A DNA stretch of 64,000 bases from Octopus sinensis (lineage: Eukaryota): NCBI RefSeq assembly GCF_006345805.1, contig NC_043011.1, positions 60,214,464-60,278,463 of the forward strand. Reading direction: 5' to 3'. This document shows positions 13,833-27,140 of this stretch, in pieces (within the stretch, counting starts at the first letter, position 1; each line of letters opens with the position of its first letter). The translations under genes and the position numbers were made by a program. Under the pieces are notes generated by a model that made no database searches, had not been told where the DNA came from, and saw only the letters and a list, made by a program, of their open reading frames with translations.

Positions 13833-14204
13833 CTCCATTACTATCCTGCTGCTAGCATCTTTCTGGCTTCTCCAACTCATTCACCCTCGGCCCTCAATTC
13901 TTCCCAATCTTTGCAGATGTTGCCTCCCTCCCTCCCTCTCTCCTATTTCATCTATACTCTCCATCCCATACACTTTCACAAGCTCCCACCAACTACAGTT
14001 CCTCCTACCTGAAGCACCACCAGAACACCTCACTACCACTAACTCATTCTCTCTCTCTCTCCTAAATGTGAGTAGCCATATAGCTCCTCTGCACAAGAAC
14101 CTGCTCTACTCCAACCTCTTCCCTCATACCTTAACCTCCATTTAACATAAGTATGTGGCACCCACTTGTTGGGTTTGTAGACCTCTAAGCAGCATGGTGA
14201 CTTC

Positions 14205-14437
14205 AGCAGAGGCAGTGGCAAGAGAAAAGCACCCAGTACACCCAGTAAAAGCACCCAGTATGCCCAGTACATATTGTAAAGTGGTTGGCATCAAGAAGGG
14301 CATCCTGTCATAGAAAACATGCCAAAGCAGATACTGGAACACGATGCAGTGTCCCTGGACTCATTAGATCTTTGTCTAACAACTCAACCCATATCAGCAT
14401 GGAACAAGAATGTTAAATGTTGCTGATGATGATGATA
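14205..14437 (+). mobile_element. Family C copy with internal tandem repeat of cacccagta
   Basis: aaagtggttggcatcaagaagggcatcc core, (gat)n tail. Confidence 0.7.
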
Positions 14438-14844
14438 ATCACACACACACACACAATACTGATAAAAACATCTTGTAGAAAATGACAGTAGGAAAGTCTA
14501 AAAACATTGATGGACTTAGAGACTTAACTGCTGCAGTCAAAAGAAGACTAATAAGGAAATAAAAAAACATGAATAAAGTAGAAATAAAACAAGATCTCAA
14601 TGGCATCTTTTTTTCTTCATTTTAATAAATGTTGAAATGTATTTTATAACACATTATCATTATAAATAAAGCCTGTCAACTATAAAATGTCAATAACAAA
14701 AGACAGCAGTAATGCAATAATGACTTGTAGAAGATAAGAAAAATATTTACACAATATTATCAGTGCAATATAATGGACTAATAAGAAAATCCTTTAAACA
14801 AAGCATAAAACAGTCACATAAGTATTTTGAGAATGTAAACATAT

Positions 14845-14915
<71 letters not shown>

Positions 14916-15567
14916 TACTTAGACATATTATACACACAAATACACATTTACTCAAACATTTATATATAATAGCATCATTGAATTCCAGTATTATATGAAA
15001 ACATGTTGTCCTTGGGAAAACGATTTACTTTGTTTGGAAAGAGGTGTGGTTTGGCAACAGGAAGAGTGACCAGCCATCGAAAATATACCTGAATAGACAC
15101 CATCCAACACATGCAAGCATAGAAAAGTGGATGTTATGATGACGATGACGATGATACAACATATGTCATTGGTCGAAAAATTATGCAGGCACGGAGGAAA
15201 AATTGCATTTGAAATGAGAATTCGAGGTTTATCGTATTTATTAAAACTTGAACATTTCACTAACATTAGTCCATGTACCACATCTCTGATCAGAGCATGC
15301 CCGACCCCTGTGTTGCTAATTTCCCTTGCACTTGCTGTATGTTTTTTGAACCAGTTACCCACCACCAAAAAGATATACCACAGAGGATTGGAGTGGAACA
15401 CAAAATTGTGAATAAACTGGTTACAAGTGGAGATGCCACCATCTCTGCAGTACATTTGCCTAAGTTGGATGAATGTTTTGAGAAATATATTTAGTCATAT
15501 AAACTCTGCTAAAAAAGAGGAATCTCAGAATTATTTCAGTTTATGAATCAGAGCTGTCCAAAATAAT

Positions 15568-15768
15568 AGTTTCAGATTTTGGCACGAGGCCAGCAATTTT
15601 AAAGGAGGGGCTTAGTTTGATTACATTAACATCAGTGCTTATTTTACTGACCCTGAAGGAATGAGCAGCAATGTTGACCTTGGTGAGTTTGAACTCAGAA
15701 TGCAAAGAGCTGGAAGAAATGCTGTTAAGCATTTTGTACGAGGAACTAACAATTCTGCCAGGTTACTG
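15568..15768 (-). mobile_element. Family B SINE copy (reverse)
   Basis: ttattttactgaccctgaaggaatgag...gtttgaactcagaatg. Confidence 0.7.
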
Positions 15769-16607
15769 ATAAAATAATAAAATTTAATGAATCATTTTTT
15801 TTTTTATATCAACAACTAACGATTGACAACTTGAGATGTTTCACCTTTATATGAAGTTACAGAGAGGTGCTATGCTTCCCTGAGGAAGCTTTAAAAATAA
15901 GAGAGAGAAATCAATATGTATCCAGTGTTGTCTTACATTCTTGCTAATGAGAAAAACAATGAACATGGATTGATATTATATAATTTTTTTTTTGTTTTAC
16001 CTTATGTGTGAATATACTCTGGGTGTTTAATAGATTAATTAATAAATTATTAAATATGCTTTCATCGGCATAACTACCTAATTATTAGAAAAAAAATACC
16101 CAAATAAATAAAAGCACATTCAAGAAATAATTAACCTGTTTAGTATTGAACGTATGGTTTGAGCTGAAGAATCAATTAGTAGAGTCAGGTGTCTATATAA
16201 GCAGAACTACAAGTGGCATCAGTCAACAACTATATCAACAACAACAACAACAACATGACTATAGAAAATGTTGAATTCACAACTACGTTTCTAGACATAT
16301 ATTAAGTGCTACTATATCCTGCTAAAATATATATAAATATGTATCAAAATGTTTTCCAAAAATAGTTTGTCAGAGAGCATCTATTTTGATGTCTCCCACC
16401 TTACTGCCTCCCACCGCCAACATCCCCCACCACTTATCAAAGAAACCTACACAGACTGTCAACAACATCGCAATCTACTAGTGCTTTTATTCTGTACTAA
16501 AGTATCTGTGTACATGTGTAAATGTATGCACACACACGCATATGTACGTATGTGTAATGCGGGTCTCTTAAGTGAGATGTATTTTTTATGTTTTGCTTTA
16601 TTTTTCA

Positions 16608-16623
16608 ATTATTATTATTGTTA

Positions 16624-16679
<56 letters not shown>

Positions 16680-16710
16680 GTTGTTATTAATATTATTATT
16701 ATTATCATCA
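16608..16710. repeat. (ATT)n microsatellite
   Basis: Directly visible. Confidence 0.95.
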
Positions 16711-17321
16711 CCATATAAAATAAAATGTCAACTTCAATAGACAGTATGCTTCTCTAGAAGTTTTACAACCCTTGTCAACACAAGCTTTCAGTAAGAAGTT
16801 TATTTCTTTTGTCCTTTTAGTATTTAAGTGCACTTTCTTTCAATCTCCTTGTAAACGTTGACAATAAATCTGAACTCAATAGATCTGAATGAGTAAACGA
16901 AGTGGTAAGGCACTTTGTACAGTATGACTTTTAATATATTGTCCAGTGTAGTGAAATGTCCCATAACATGATTAGAGAACCACTTCATCTCAATTCTATC
17001 AGTGTTTTAACTTGCTTTTGTAGTAGACATATTTATAACAAACCAACAAAGAAACATCTGTATGGAGCCACTTCTTGCAGTACAAGAAATAGCAGCCATA
17101 ACTAGCATAAATCCCCCACCCCAACCACCATGAATAAAAGGAGATACTGGATAAAAAAATTAAAAGATAAGATGGTTACAACAAAGAAAAGTTTCATGAA
17201 ATGTCAGCTTAATCAGAGCAAATACAGTACCAGGTTGTAACAACAAAAATGACACAGAGACACATAAGATATGTGTAATAAAAAAGAAAGAAAATGATAG
17301 AATGGCTAGAGTAGCTTTTGT

Positions 17322-18157
17322 CAGAGAGGGTATAGCTAAATTTGATGATTTATATGTCTCCTTTCTTACAGGAACAGCTTGGTTTATTGGTGAACAATCA
17401 ATGTGCTGGAAAGCAAAAACATCAAAGTTGTAGTTGGGAAAAAGTTAGCTGAGGATAGAAAGCCATCTGAATAAAGGAAAAGAGTTATCCGTATGATGAT
17501 AATTTGTGATGGGTATCAAAATGCCAACATCATGACTGCTGCTCAATGCTCTGTGAAATTTGCAAAGGCTGTAAGATGTGACATGGACAAATCTCACATT
17601 TCATGAAAACCAAGTTCTCTCAGACTCTGATGGTGTTTGGGTGTGTCTCCAGTGAGGACGATGTTATGCCACTCCACATCTTTGAAGCTGTTGGAGACTG
17701 TGGTCAAACTTTGGCTGGAAGTGACGTGATTGTTATTGGAAGGCCATTTGTATGGCGACAGGATCTGGCTCCTTGCCATATCTCCAGAAAGAGTCAGAAG
17801 TGGGTGCCGGAGAATTTCTATGACTCCACCAGCCCCAATTTCTAGCTTCTTAATTCCTCTGATTCTAATCCCATGAATTACTATGTGTGGGACATGATTG
17901 AGAAAGACACCAACTGCTTTGATTGCAACATCAAGGCTGAGCAGATGACCAAGGTCAAGGAGGAATTCAAAGATCTCAGGCAAACATTAAAGTATGCATG
18001 TGCCATGTTCTGGAACCATCTTGAGGCTGTGGTGGAACCTGAGACGCCATAATTTAGTTGACACTTTTTGAATTTTTTAACTATTTTTATTTTGGAATGT
18101 GATATTGTGTTTTTTTCCCACTTTATGCAAACTGTCAAATTTAGCTCGAACACTTTG
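17322..18157 (+). mobile_element. Internally deleted Tc1/mariner element of maT (DD37D)-like type, both TIRs present
   Basis: MKTKFSQTLMVFGCVSSEDDVMPLHIFE...RQDLAPCHISRKSQKWVPENFYDSTSPNF*LLNSSDSNPMNYYVW (decayed QDSAP...WPPSSPDLNPLDY). Inverted terminal match agctaaatttga (17334-17345) / tcaaatttagct (18135-18146). Confidence 0.8.
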
Positions 18158-20689
18158 CCGGTTTGCTCAATCTAGGCTGATATGGAGTTAAAACAACAAC
18201 ACATTCCAGATCAAATGTGTATTGTTAATTTAAAATCTTAATAGCTACACATTGAAATAACTCAGTTTCAAAATTAACTAAATGCTCATTTTGAAAGATC
18301 AACACAAAAATAACAAAAAAACTAAAAAGTTATCTGCCTAATAAATGCATGCACAATGATACTAAACACATTTTTGTACACTCAGACATGATAAGACCTC
18401 CAACACTGTAGAAATATTCTCAAGAGAACAACACTCTCCTCATAAACAGAATGTGTGAAAACATATTGAGCTATGAATGACATCATCAGCCACAAACACT
18501 ATAAAGCTTTTTACAACCCTTTAAAAACAGTTGTTCTTATATATAAAGGTGGCAAACAGTAAACATTTTGGTGTGTGCAAGATAACAATCTCTAAGTGCA
18601 CTGCTTGCTTTAGCAGTAATCATCTGTAACTTGGGGCTTATTCTTCCCTTCTCTGAGAAGTCAGAGAGGCTCCACAAGAAGAGAAAAGAAAAACAAACAA
18701 ACAAACAAAACAAAAAAAATCATAGGTGTTGTCCTTCTGATTAAGCACCTAAAAAATTCTCTTGTTAGTTCATTCCTATTACATTTCTATGTCATTTCAG
18801 ATATCTTCTACATTGGTTCATACACTTTCCTGTTATTTGCACTAATTTTCCCTTCCATCAAATTTAACTCCTCCATTTCTAATTATTACATTTTTCTCTG
18901 ATTTCATTGTCCAAGTTTTACTTCTTCAAACCTGATGCCCACACACACACAATCAAATAATGTACCTTTTAAATAGACTGTTTCTGAAAGCCACTTTGAA
19001 AGAAAGTCATCATGTAATAACAACTGTGCCACAAGAACTATAACATTTTGTTACTTGATTAACAAAACTTTGCTACTTTACAATCCACTTAAATGTCTGA
19101 AAAGACCACATGCTTCAGTTCTTCATTGTATATACTGTCTATTACACAAATTGTTGGAAGTATGGCATCCACAAACCGTAGTATTCTTCTTATAACAATG
19201 CGGACATGTTTTGCTCAAATTGTCTGCTGTTTGCTGACTGAATTATATAAGCTGTATTAGTATATTCTCAACACACTTCTCATTAATTACAATTCCTCTC
19301 CCTACACCACTTTTTCTTTTTTTTTTGCATATTTGAGTAAAGATATGAATATTTTGTCAATGTAATATTTTCTGAAACAGCCAGTGCATCCAAATGTTAA
19401 CATTGGTATATGACAGCTGGCATATTCTACAAGCAGTCCATGATTACTTTACCATAGTCACTGTCAAAGAAATGTTTCATGTACTGAATTTATATCTCAA
19501 TACAGGTGAAAGTACTCAATAAATCATCTGGCCATTTAATGCTGCTCATAGTTTTAGCATAATGAACATTCAAGAAACCGTTTTGACAATGTACCAGCGC
19601 TAATGCACTTTCAATATTCCATTTATCTAAAAGAAAACAGTTGTCTTTCCTATGTCACAATGGATAATAATAGCAACGACTTTCCTCCAGGCAATTTTCA
19701 ATAATTCATTAAAAATAATGACATAGAGCATATTGAAACCACTGTTTAATATACAAGCATACAACACATACACACACACACATATACATATATATACATA
19801 CACTTACAAACACACACACATATGTATACATACACATACTCACAGATACACATGAATACATACATATACACACATACATACACATATACACACACACACA
19901 TTAGTGCTTAATTAAGTAAACTCCTTTCAGAAGACATTAAGCATGCTCCTTTATATATCTCATTCAGTTACGAGACCAACTTAAAGTCTATACTTAAATG
20001 ACATGGGAAAATTCTGAATATTTTAATGTTTCTGAAAACATTTTAAAAATCATTCTTAGATCAGGAAGTAGCATAATATTTTAGTTGTTGCCAGTTTATA
20101 AATTTAATACAAACAATATTTAATTATAAACAACTGTTTGTTAATGTTGATACACGGTATTGTGCAATATCAGCATTTTTAACGAATAACCGTCTGAGCC
20201 AACAACTGAATGACTCCCCAGGTATTGAGTACACTTTGCTCATAGGAAAAATTTTGCTTGCTTTCAAATATGAAAGTGTCTGAGGCCAACAGTTTTAAGG
20301 GGAAGGGGTAAGTAAATACTATTGACTCCAGCACTCTCCAGAAATTTGAAAAGGAAAGTTTCCCTCACCCTTATGGCCAGAACAGTAATTTCTATACAAA
20401 TTGCAAGTCAATGAATTAAAAAAATTAAGTATTCCTTATTTTTATTATCCTAGATTCAACCCACCAGTTCATATGCCTTTGTGATTTGACCCTAGAACAA
20501 AACAAGGTTATCTGCCCCTTCTATACAATCATACAACTTGTTAGATATAGTATCTGTATTTTTAAATCTTACATTAGATGACATATCATCTTAGCTCTCT
20601 AACGAAATATGTAGCATTAGTATCTCACAAATTATATTTATGAAATATATATAAAAAAAGGCAAGAAACTAAAGTATCATCATTACCAT

Positions 20690-20900
20690 CACCATCATCA
20701 TCATCATCATCACCATTTAATATCTGTTGTTCATGGTGGCACAAGTTGATCAGTTCAACTAGAGCTGACAAGCCAGAAGGCTTTGCTAAGCTACAATGTC
20801 TGCTTTGGCATAGTTTCTACAGCTAGGTGCCCTTCCTAATCCCAACACAACTTTACAGTGAATACTGGGTACTTTTTTTTCCCTACTCTTGGCACAAGTG
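20690..20900 (-). mobile_element. Family C copy (reverse)
   Basis: (cat)n followed by gcccttcctaatcccaacac, the reverse complement of the family C core. Confidence 0.7.
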
Positions 20901-21929
20901 GGGCCACCAAGTAACTAGAAAGAACTGGAAAGACTAAGCAGGAAAATGAAAGAAAGAGCTACTGAAAAGACCATAAACCCCAGTTTCCAAAGCTCTGGAG
21001 GAGGCAAGAGAAATCCCTTTTGTGCCTATTATTAGAAATAGAAAAGCAAACAACACATTCCCTAACAGCACTTGTGAAGAGTACTACACCATCATTATGT
21101 GATGAGGAAGAAATAACCTCAGTAGATGAAAACTTAGAAAATGTTTGAAAAAAATATTAAAGGAAAAGGAGAAAGGATCTCAAAAAAGGAAAAGTTAACA
21201 CAAAATAACAAAAATAGGTAAGCAGGATCGAATTTGGAAAGTAATGCGTTAGAGTTCTACACTATTGAATATCTCAAAAAATGCTTACTGACCACACCCA
21301 ACCTAACCAATAATATTTCATGCTTGATTTCCTTTTAATTAAATTATTTTAATTATTATTGTGCTTTAATCATCCTCTTTTTTTATTTCCATGCAAATAT
21401 ATGAACTTGAGGGATCTCTCCACCCTTTCATATTTATAAACTTGTCTTTTATACATCACTTTTCCGTGTGATCCTATTGAAATGGTTCCTATTTTTGTAT
21501 CTCTTTGAGCCCTTGTGACTAATTCAGAAAAGATTTATTTTATTATATCTGTATATATAAAAGGCAGGATGTGTGTGTGTGTACGTGAATGTAATTTATG
21601 CATGTCCACAAATTGGCACGCATGTTGCTCCAGTTTTAAGAGGACATTCGTCATGATCCTAGCTGTATTTTTGTCAACTTATTTTTACCAGAGGCACCAG
21701 CAAATAGCAGTAAAATTAAATTTTCAACCAAAACTTTTAACAATTTTCAAGTCGGAGAAATCACCATTGTTTGCAAACAGGAGTTAAGTCCCCTTCGAGC
21801 AACAGGTAAGTTTTTGTTAAGACTTTTGTTGCTGTTTTTCCATCGAGGAAAAAAGTGTTTTGTTGATATACGGGCAACATACACACAAAGATGTATGCAA
21901 TAGGTGTGCGTACGTGTGTGTGTTTTGCC

Positions 21930-22009
21930 CATATATATATGTATATATATATATATGTATATATATATGTATATATATATGTATTCATATATATGTATAT
22001 ATATATATG

Positions 22010-22041
<32 letters not shown>

Positions 22042-22415
22042 TATACATGTATATATATATATATATATATGTAAGGGGTAAAGACCCCCTTCGGTCATGA
22101 GTGACCATGGGTTTGCACCTAGAGAGTTACCCTCTGAGGCACAAGTCTGGGCAAGGTTGTTTTATGGAAGACCAGTAGTCGCCCATGCATACCAGCCTCC
22201 CCTCTCCACGCCACCAGTGTTATCCAAGGGAAAGACAAAGGTCGATACAGCTTGGCACCAGTGACGTCGCAACTCATTTCTACAGCTGAGTGAACTGGAG
22301 CAACCTGAAATAAAGTGTCTTGCTCAAGAACACAACACGCAGCCCGGTCCGGGATTCGAGCTCACAACCTCACGATCGTAAGCTCGACGCTCTAACCACT
22401 GAGCCATGCGCCTCC

Positions 22416-22495
<80 letters not shown>

Positions 22496-22523
22496 GTATA
22501 TATAATATATGTATATATGTAAA

Positions 22524-22557
<34 letters not shown>

Positions 22558-22688
22558 CTCTTTTACTCTTTTATTTGTTTCAGTCATTTGACTGCGGCCA
22601 TGCTGGAGCACATATATATATACATATATATATATATATACATATATATACATATATATATACACTATATATACATATATATATACAC

Positions 22689-22719
<31 letters not shown>

Positions 22720-22770
22720 TATATACATATATATATATACACATATATATACATATATATATGTATATAT
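21930..22770. repeat. Long compound (TA)n/(TATG)/(TACA) microsatellite block with embedded SINE pieces
   Basis: Directly visible; source of many YI/IY-repeat ORFs. Confidence 0.95.
22072..22415 (-). mobile_element. Young tRNA-headed SINE (family D) inserted in a TA microsatellite
   Basis: Head ggcgcatggctcagtggttagagcg...ctcgaatccc, then ttcttgagcaagacactttatttca central domain; CpG-rich; (TA)n on both sides. Confidence 0.85.
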
Positions 22771-23984
22771 AAAGCAATTTCAATAGATTTCACCCAAATT
22801 TGACGTCGATGTTACTTAGTTTGGTTTGAAATAAAGAACTTGATTAGCTTAATAATTCTAACTTAATCCTGAGCAAAGTAAGGTTTTACTGCTAGTCAAT
22901 AATAAAAATAACCATTATTATTATCACCATCATCATTATCATTAGCATTTAATTCTTGTATTTGCTATATCAAATTATATTGAGTATTGGCAGGCATTTT
23001 TTAAGAGTCACTTCTCATATTTCTGCTTGTGTGGGAGGATGATGTATAACAATTGATTCTACACAGTAGTATATTATCTGCCTTTCATATATAGTCTATC
23101 TAAAAGTACATTTCATTTTACTTTTGTTCTTTCAGATGAGGGATAGCAAAGTATTTATTTCGTTGTTTGCATCTACATACTCCTTCACACAGTTACTCAT
23201 ATCATCAATTTAAGGTTGTCTTGTTTTAGTAACATTGTAGGATTTTCTACTGGGTTTTTCTCTTGTATCTCTAAATGTACTTAGTTTTGGCTAGGACACA
23301 GCATCTAGTAAGTAAGTATTCTAATACTGAATGGATTTTCTATTTCCTTCTTTAGGAAAATTTTCATAGCTGTCTTGTTAAAAGATACCAAGCTTGTTGT
23401 ACTGCATGTTATCAATACCTCAGTTTCAATTTTCAAGCTGGAGCTGGTTAACTGCAGTTGCTTATCAGATGTCTAGTTTTTGTCTCCTGATATTTCTAAA
23501 TTATTTTTCTGTTTCTTTCTGCTGTTGTTTTTAATTGGTGTGTTCTATTGGCATTTTTATTTCCTCTAAGAACTTTACTGCCTCTTTACACATAGGATTT
23601 AGATTTCCATATTTATAAAATATAGCTGCAGAAATAACCATGAGGCTAAGAATCTGACTTTGAAAAGTATGTGGTTCTGGGTTTGATCCAACTGTGGAAC
23701 ACCTTTTTTTTTTTTCATGTCCAGGAGAACACAGTCCAACAGGCCGTTTTTGTTCTAAAACAGCATAATATGAATTAAGGGCAATTTAGCTACTATTTGT
23801 AGTAGTTTGCTTTATCTGTATAAGATTTGGTCCCCTTTTCAAGAATTTTGCATGTTTGTAACATCCAGTGAGGTTCAATTTCTTTCATTGTCAGAGCAAG
23901 TTGTTACATAACCGTAAGAGTTTCTTTGATAAAATTTTGTTACTTTAATTTAATACCAATCTCACAGAAGTATTGTTGGTGATT

Positions 23985-24382
23985 TTAATGTTCATTTATC
24001 CTTGCTCACATGGGTCAGATGCAATTCATTGAGGCACAGTCTCCATGTCTACTATATCCTTCCTGTCACCAGCACTCACCTGTTTCTGAGCCAAGTAATA
24101 CTTGTCCATATCCAGGTGTGTTTTTCACTGAAGATTGGAAACAAATAACATTGTTTGTATGATGATGGCAGCTGCCTACAACCATCATGTGATGCCATGA
24201 CAAGGACACACATACACACACATATCTGCAGCAGGCTTCCTTCAAATTCTACCAACCAAATCCACTCACAAGTCTTTGACTGTCTGAAGCTATAGTAGAA
24301 GATATTTGCCCAAAGTACCACACAGTGGTACTGAACCTGAACCCACATGATTGGGAAGCAATTTTCTAAACCACAAGGCCAC
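23985..24382 (-). mobile_element. Composite SINE (A head, C2 tail)
   Basis: ccaaatccactcacaag...gctatagtagaagatatttgcccaa head/core plus catgggtcaga tail. Confidence 0.7.
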
Positions 24383-26478
24383 TAATGCTATATTTAGTGG
24401 TAGATTAAAGGTCTTGTAGTATTTAGTTAGATCCTTTTACGATTTAAGTTCAAAATCTAGCTGAAGTCAATTTGGCATCTCATTCTTCCAGCTTCGATAA
24501 AATATAGTATCAGTCCAGTACAGGACTTAATACAATCAACTTTCACAAATTTGTTGCTTAGCACTAATTTTGGGAATCTATAGTCACATGCCTTCAGAAG
24601 AGTATATGTCTTAGAGTAAATCCCAATCAATAAAACACAATATCTAATTTTTATTTTAATCTTGGGAAACTTCACAAAAGGAAAATGTTGCAAGCAAATA
24701 TAAACATTCTTATAATGAGATTGCAACAAAAACTGAAATCATTTATATTTATTAGAAACAATACTTACTTGTTTGCTAATTTTGATACACAGTCATGCAG
24801 TGTTTTTAAATGACAGTCATTTGATGCAGAAAGTGAGCCTTTAGAAATTCCAGAAATAGTTATGAAATCTCTTTCAAATTACATGCTACCACTTAAAAGA
24901 AATAAACAAACAAACAAAAAAATGGATAATGAAGCCCTGGGTATAATTATGTTCAAATAACAGTTGGGATGGTCAAAGAAAGAAGGTCTTTTATCATAAG
25001 TATGTTCAACCCAGACTGACAAAGATGTGAAAGAGCTCAACAACAACAACAATAACAATTAATGTCCATTGTTAAAGACACTGATTATATAAAATCAGAC
25101 AAGAAACCAAACGTGATATGCTGCTACTCTGAATTTCTCAAGTTTCCTTTTGTTTTACTTTTAATGGGCAATTCAATTCTAAACCTTATCATAACTAAAT
25201 TTCTAAGAATAACATAATTTTATTGTGACTTTAAAAAAATACCCTAAATGCTTAAAATGCTAAAAAAACATGGTTAATATTTTATTTTCTAAAGCAAGTG
25301 TAAATAAAATATTTTATTTTTACATAATGATATAATTGTATAACTGAAAATGTCAGCCAAGTCCTGTTGGATCACTATCAATTTCTTTTGATTTACATTC
25401 ACTCTAAGTATTTTTCTGTAATAATTCATAACAATTATTCATTTAGTAAAAGTCTTAATTACTACCAAGTGCATAAATGTACTGATTGAGTCATGTATAA
25501 TTAAAATCTTTGCACTACTAGTGTTACAGCTATCAACAGTAATTAGATAAGCAGACAACATTCACCTGTTGCAGCCTAAATAGAGAAAGGTATCTGGTCA
25601 AGAACTGCCAAGTTAAATTACATGAATAAATGTACTGACAGTAAGAGATCTCTCTTGCTTTGGACACAAAACATATTCAAAGCTAAATTAGTTTTACTAA
25701 TAACAAAGACAAACTTTCAGTTTACATGGCTAATAAATTACCTAAGATTTACGAATATTTAATCACGGTTTCACCTATCCAGGATCAAAAAATCAAGTCT
25801 ATAGAATCTATTGATAAGATCAGCAGAAATTCTTGTAATCATATTTTCTTTAATGTTATTTACAAAAATTAATATATGCTGTGGCAAGATAGAAAACATA
25901 CATTTGTAAACTAGAATCAAAAGGACATTTTTGATCTTCTAAGCATCAAAAAGAACTGGAAAGTCAATATTTATTGAAAGTATTGATGAATATCTCTGAA
26001 TGTCAGCCAAATTTTGTCATGTATACTTCCTGTTATTTTAAGAAAAATAAATGAAATGTAAAATTATGTTTATATAGCTGTGCGTATCATTTCACTTGTT
26101 AAACCAACACAAAAATATTTGCAGAGAATGTCTTTTAGTTTAAATAACATTTTTATTATCTTCTTTCAGCCAAGATACTAGAAAGTCACTGGAAATGGGA
26201 AAAGGGAAATGTCACAAACAAAAATTTTGTGAAAATATAAAACAAAACATTTGACTGAAATGGTAATTGCGATCATCAAGATAATTTGGAATTATTTCAT
26301 GGTTAAGAAGTTTGCATTACAATTATGTGGCTTCAGGTTCAGTCACACAGCATCACACCTAGGGCAAGTGGCTTTTACTATAACCTTGGGCTTATCAGTG
26401 TCTTGTGAGTAAATATGGTATACGAAAGCTGTAGAAAGCCAACTGTATATATGTGAGCAGGTGTATGTATGTGTATGT

Positions 26479-26515
<37 letters not shown>

Positions 26516-26659
26516 CATATAGATTTCTGAATCTGAAGTTTTTCTTGTGAAAGATAAATTCAGTATATCAATAAACAAAATATTCTACAATCTGTATTGA
26601 GCTCTCCTCCCACATTTGTTCAGTGCAATTCAACATTTGTGTGTGTGTGTGTGTGTAAG

Positions 26660-27140
26660 TGAAGGCATGTAACCTAGAGTTTGTATGTGCAGTTCCTGAC
26701 CATAAAGCTGCAGGTTCAATTCCTGAGCAAGCCACTTTTTTCATGTTGCTGCCATCTACTCATCTAAGAATGAAAACTAGCCAAGCACTGCAGCAGTTCT
26801 TGCTTTCTCCAGCAATGTGAATGTGCCACTGGGACCAAAGTGTGGGAGAGTGGAGAGTTTGTCTCTCTCCATTGGTGGCTACAAAGGCACCTATAACAAT
26901 GAAAACATGGAATATATTTGTAGGTGATGGCCACTTCTTGTTTTATGTGTATGTGCGTGTGTATGTGTGCATATAAATGGGATGGATGTTGACAACCCAT
27001 GGTTCTGCCTCTGTGGAAAGGAGGATGTTGTTTCTGTGTACCTTATTTGGAAAATGAGGATGATGACAGGAACAGCTGTAAAATCCTGTTTCAAATATAT
27101 CACCATTTGACCCATGCTCACATGAGAAAAGCAAGGCAGG
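26660..27140 (+). mobile_element. Old composite SINE (D-related head, RTE-like tail)
   Basis: gtgaaggcatgt...ggttcaattcctgagcaagccacttttttcatgttgct head and gacccatgctcacatgagaaaag tail shared with other copies. Confidence 0.5.

Noticed and set aside
14991-15455. 154-aa minus-strand ORF
   Set aside because: About a third overlaps a SINE tail; no recognisable DGK or other domain and no convincing splice sites.
19500-19626. Minus-strand acceptor with open frame KWNIESALALVHCQNG...
   Set aside because: Out of phase with the DGK exon, no DGK similarity and no good donor.
22340-22415. tRNA-like sequence
   Set aside because: It runs directly into a SINE body shared with other copies; it is a SINE head, not a tRNA gene.
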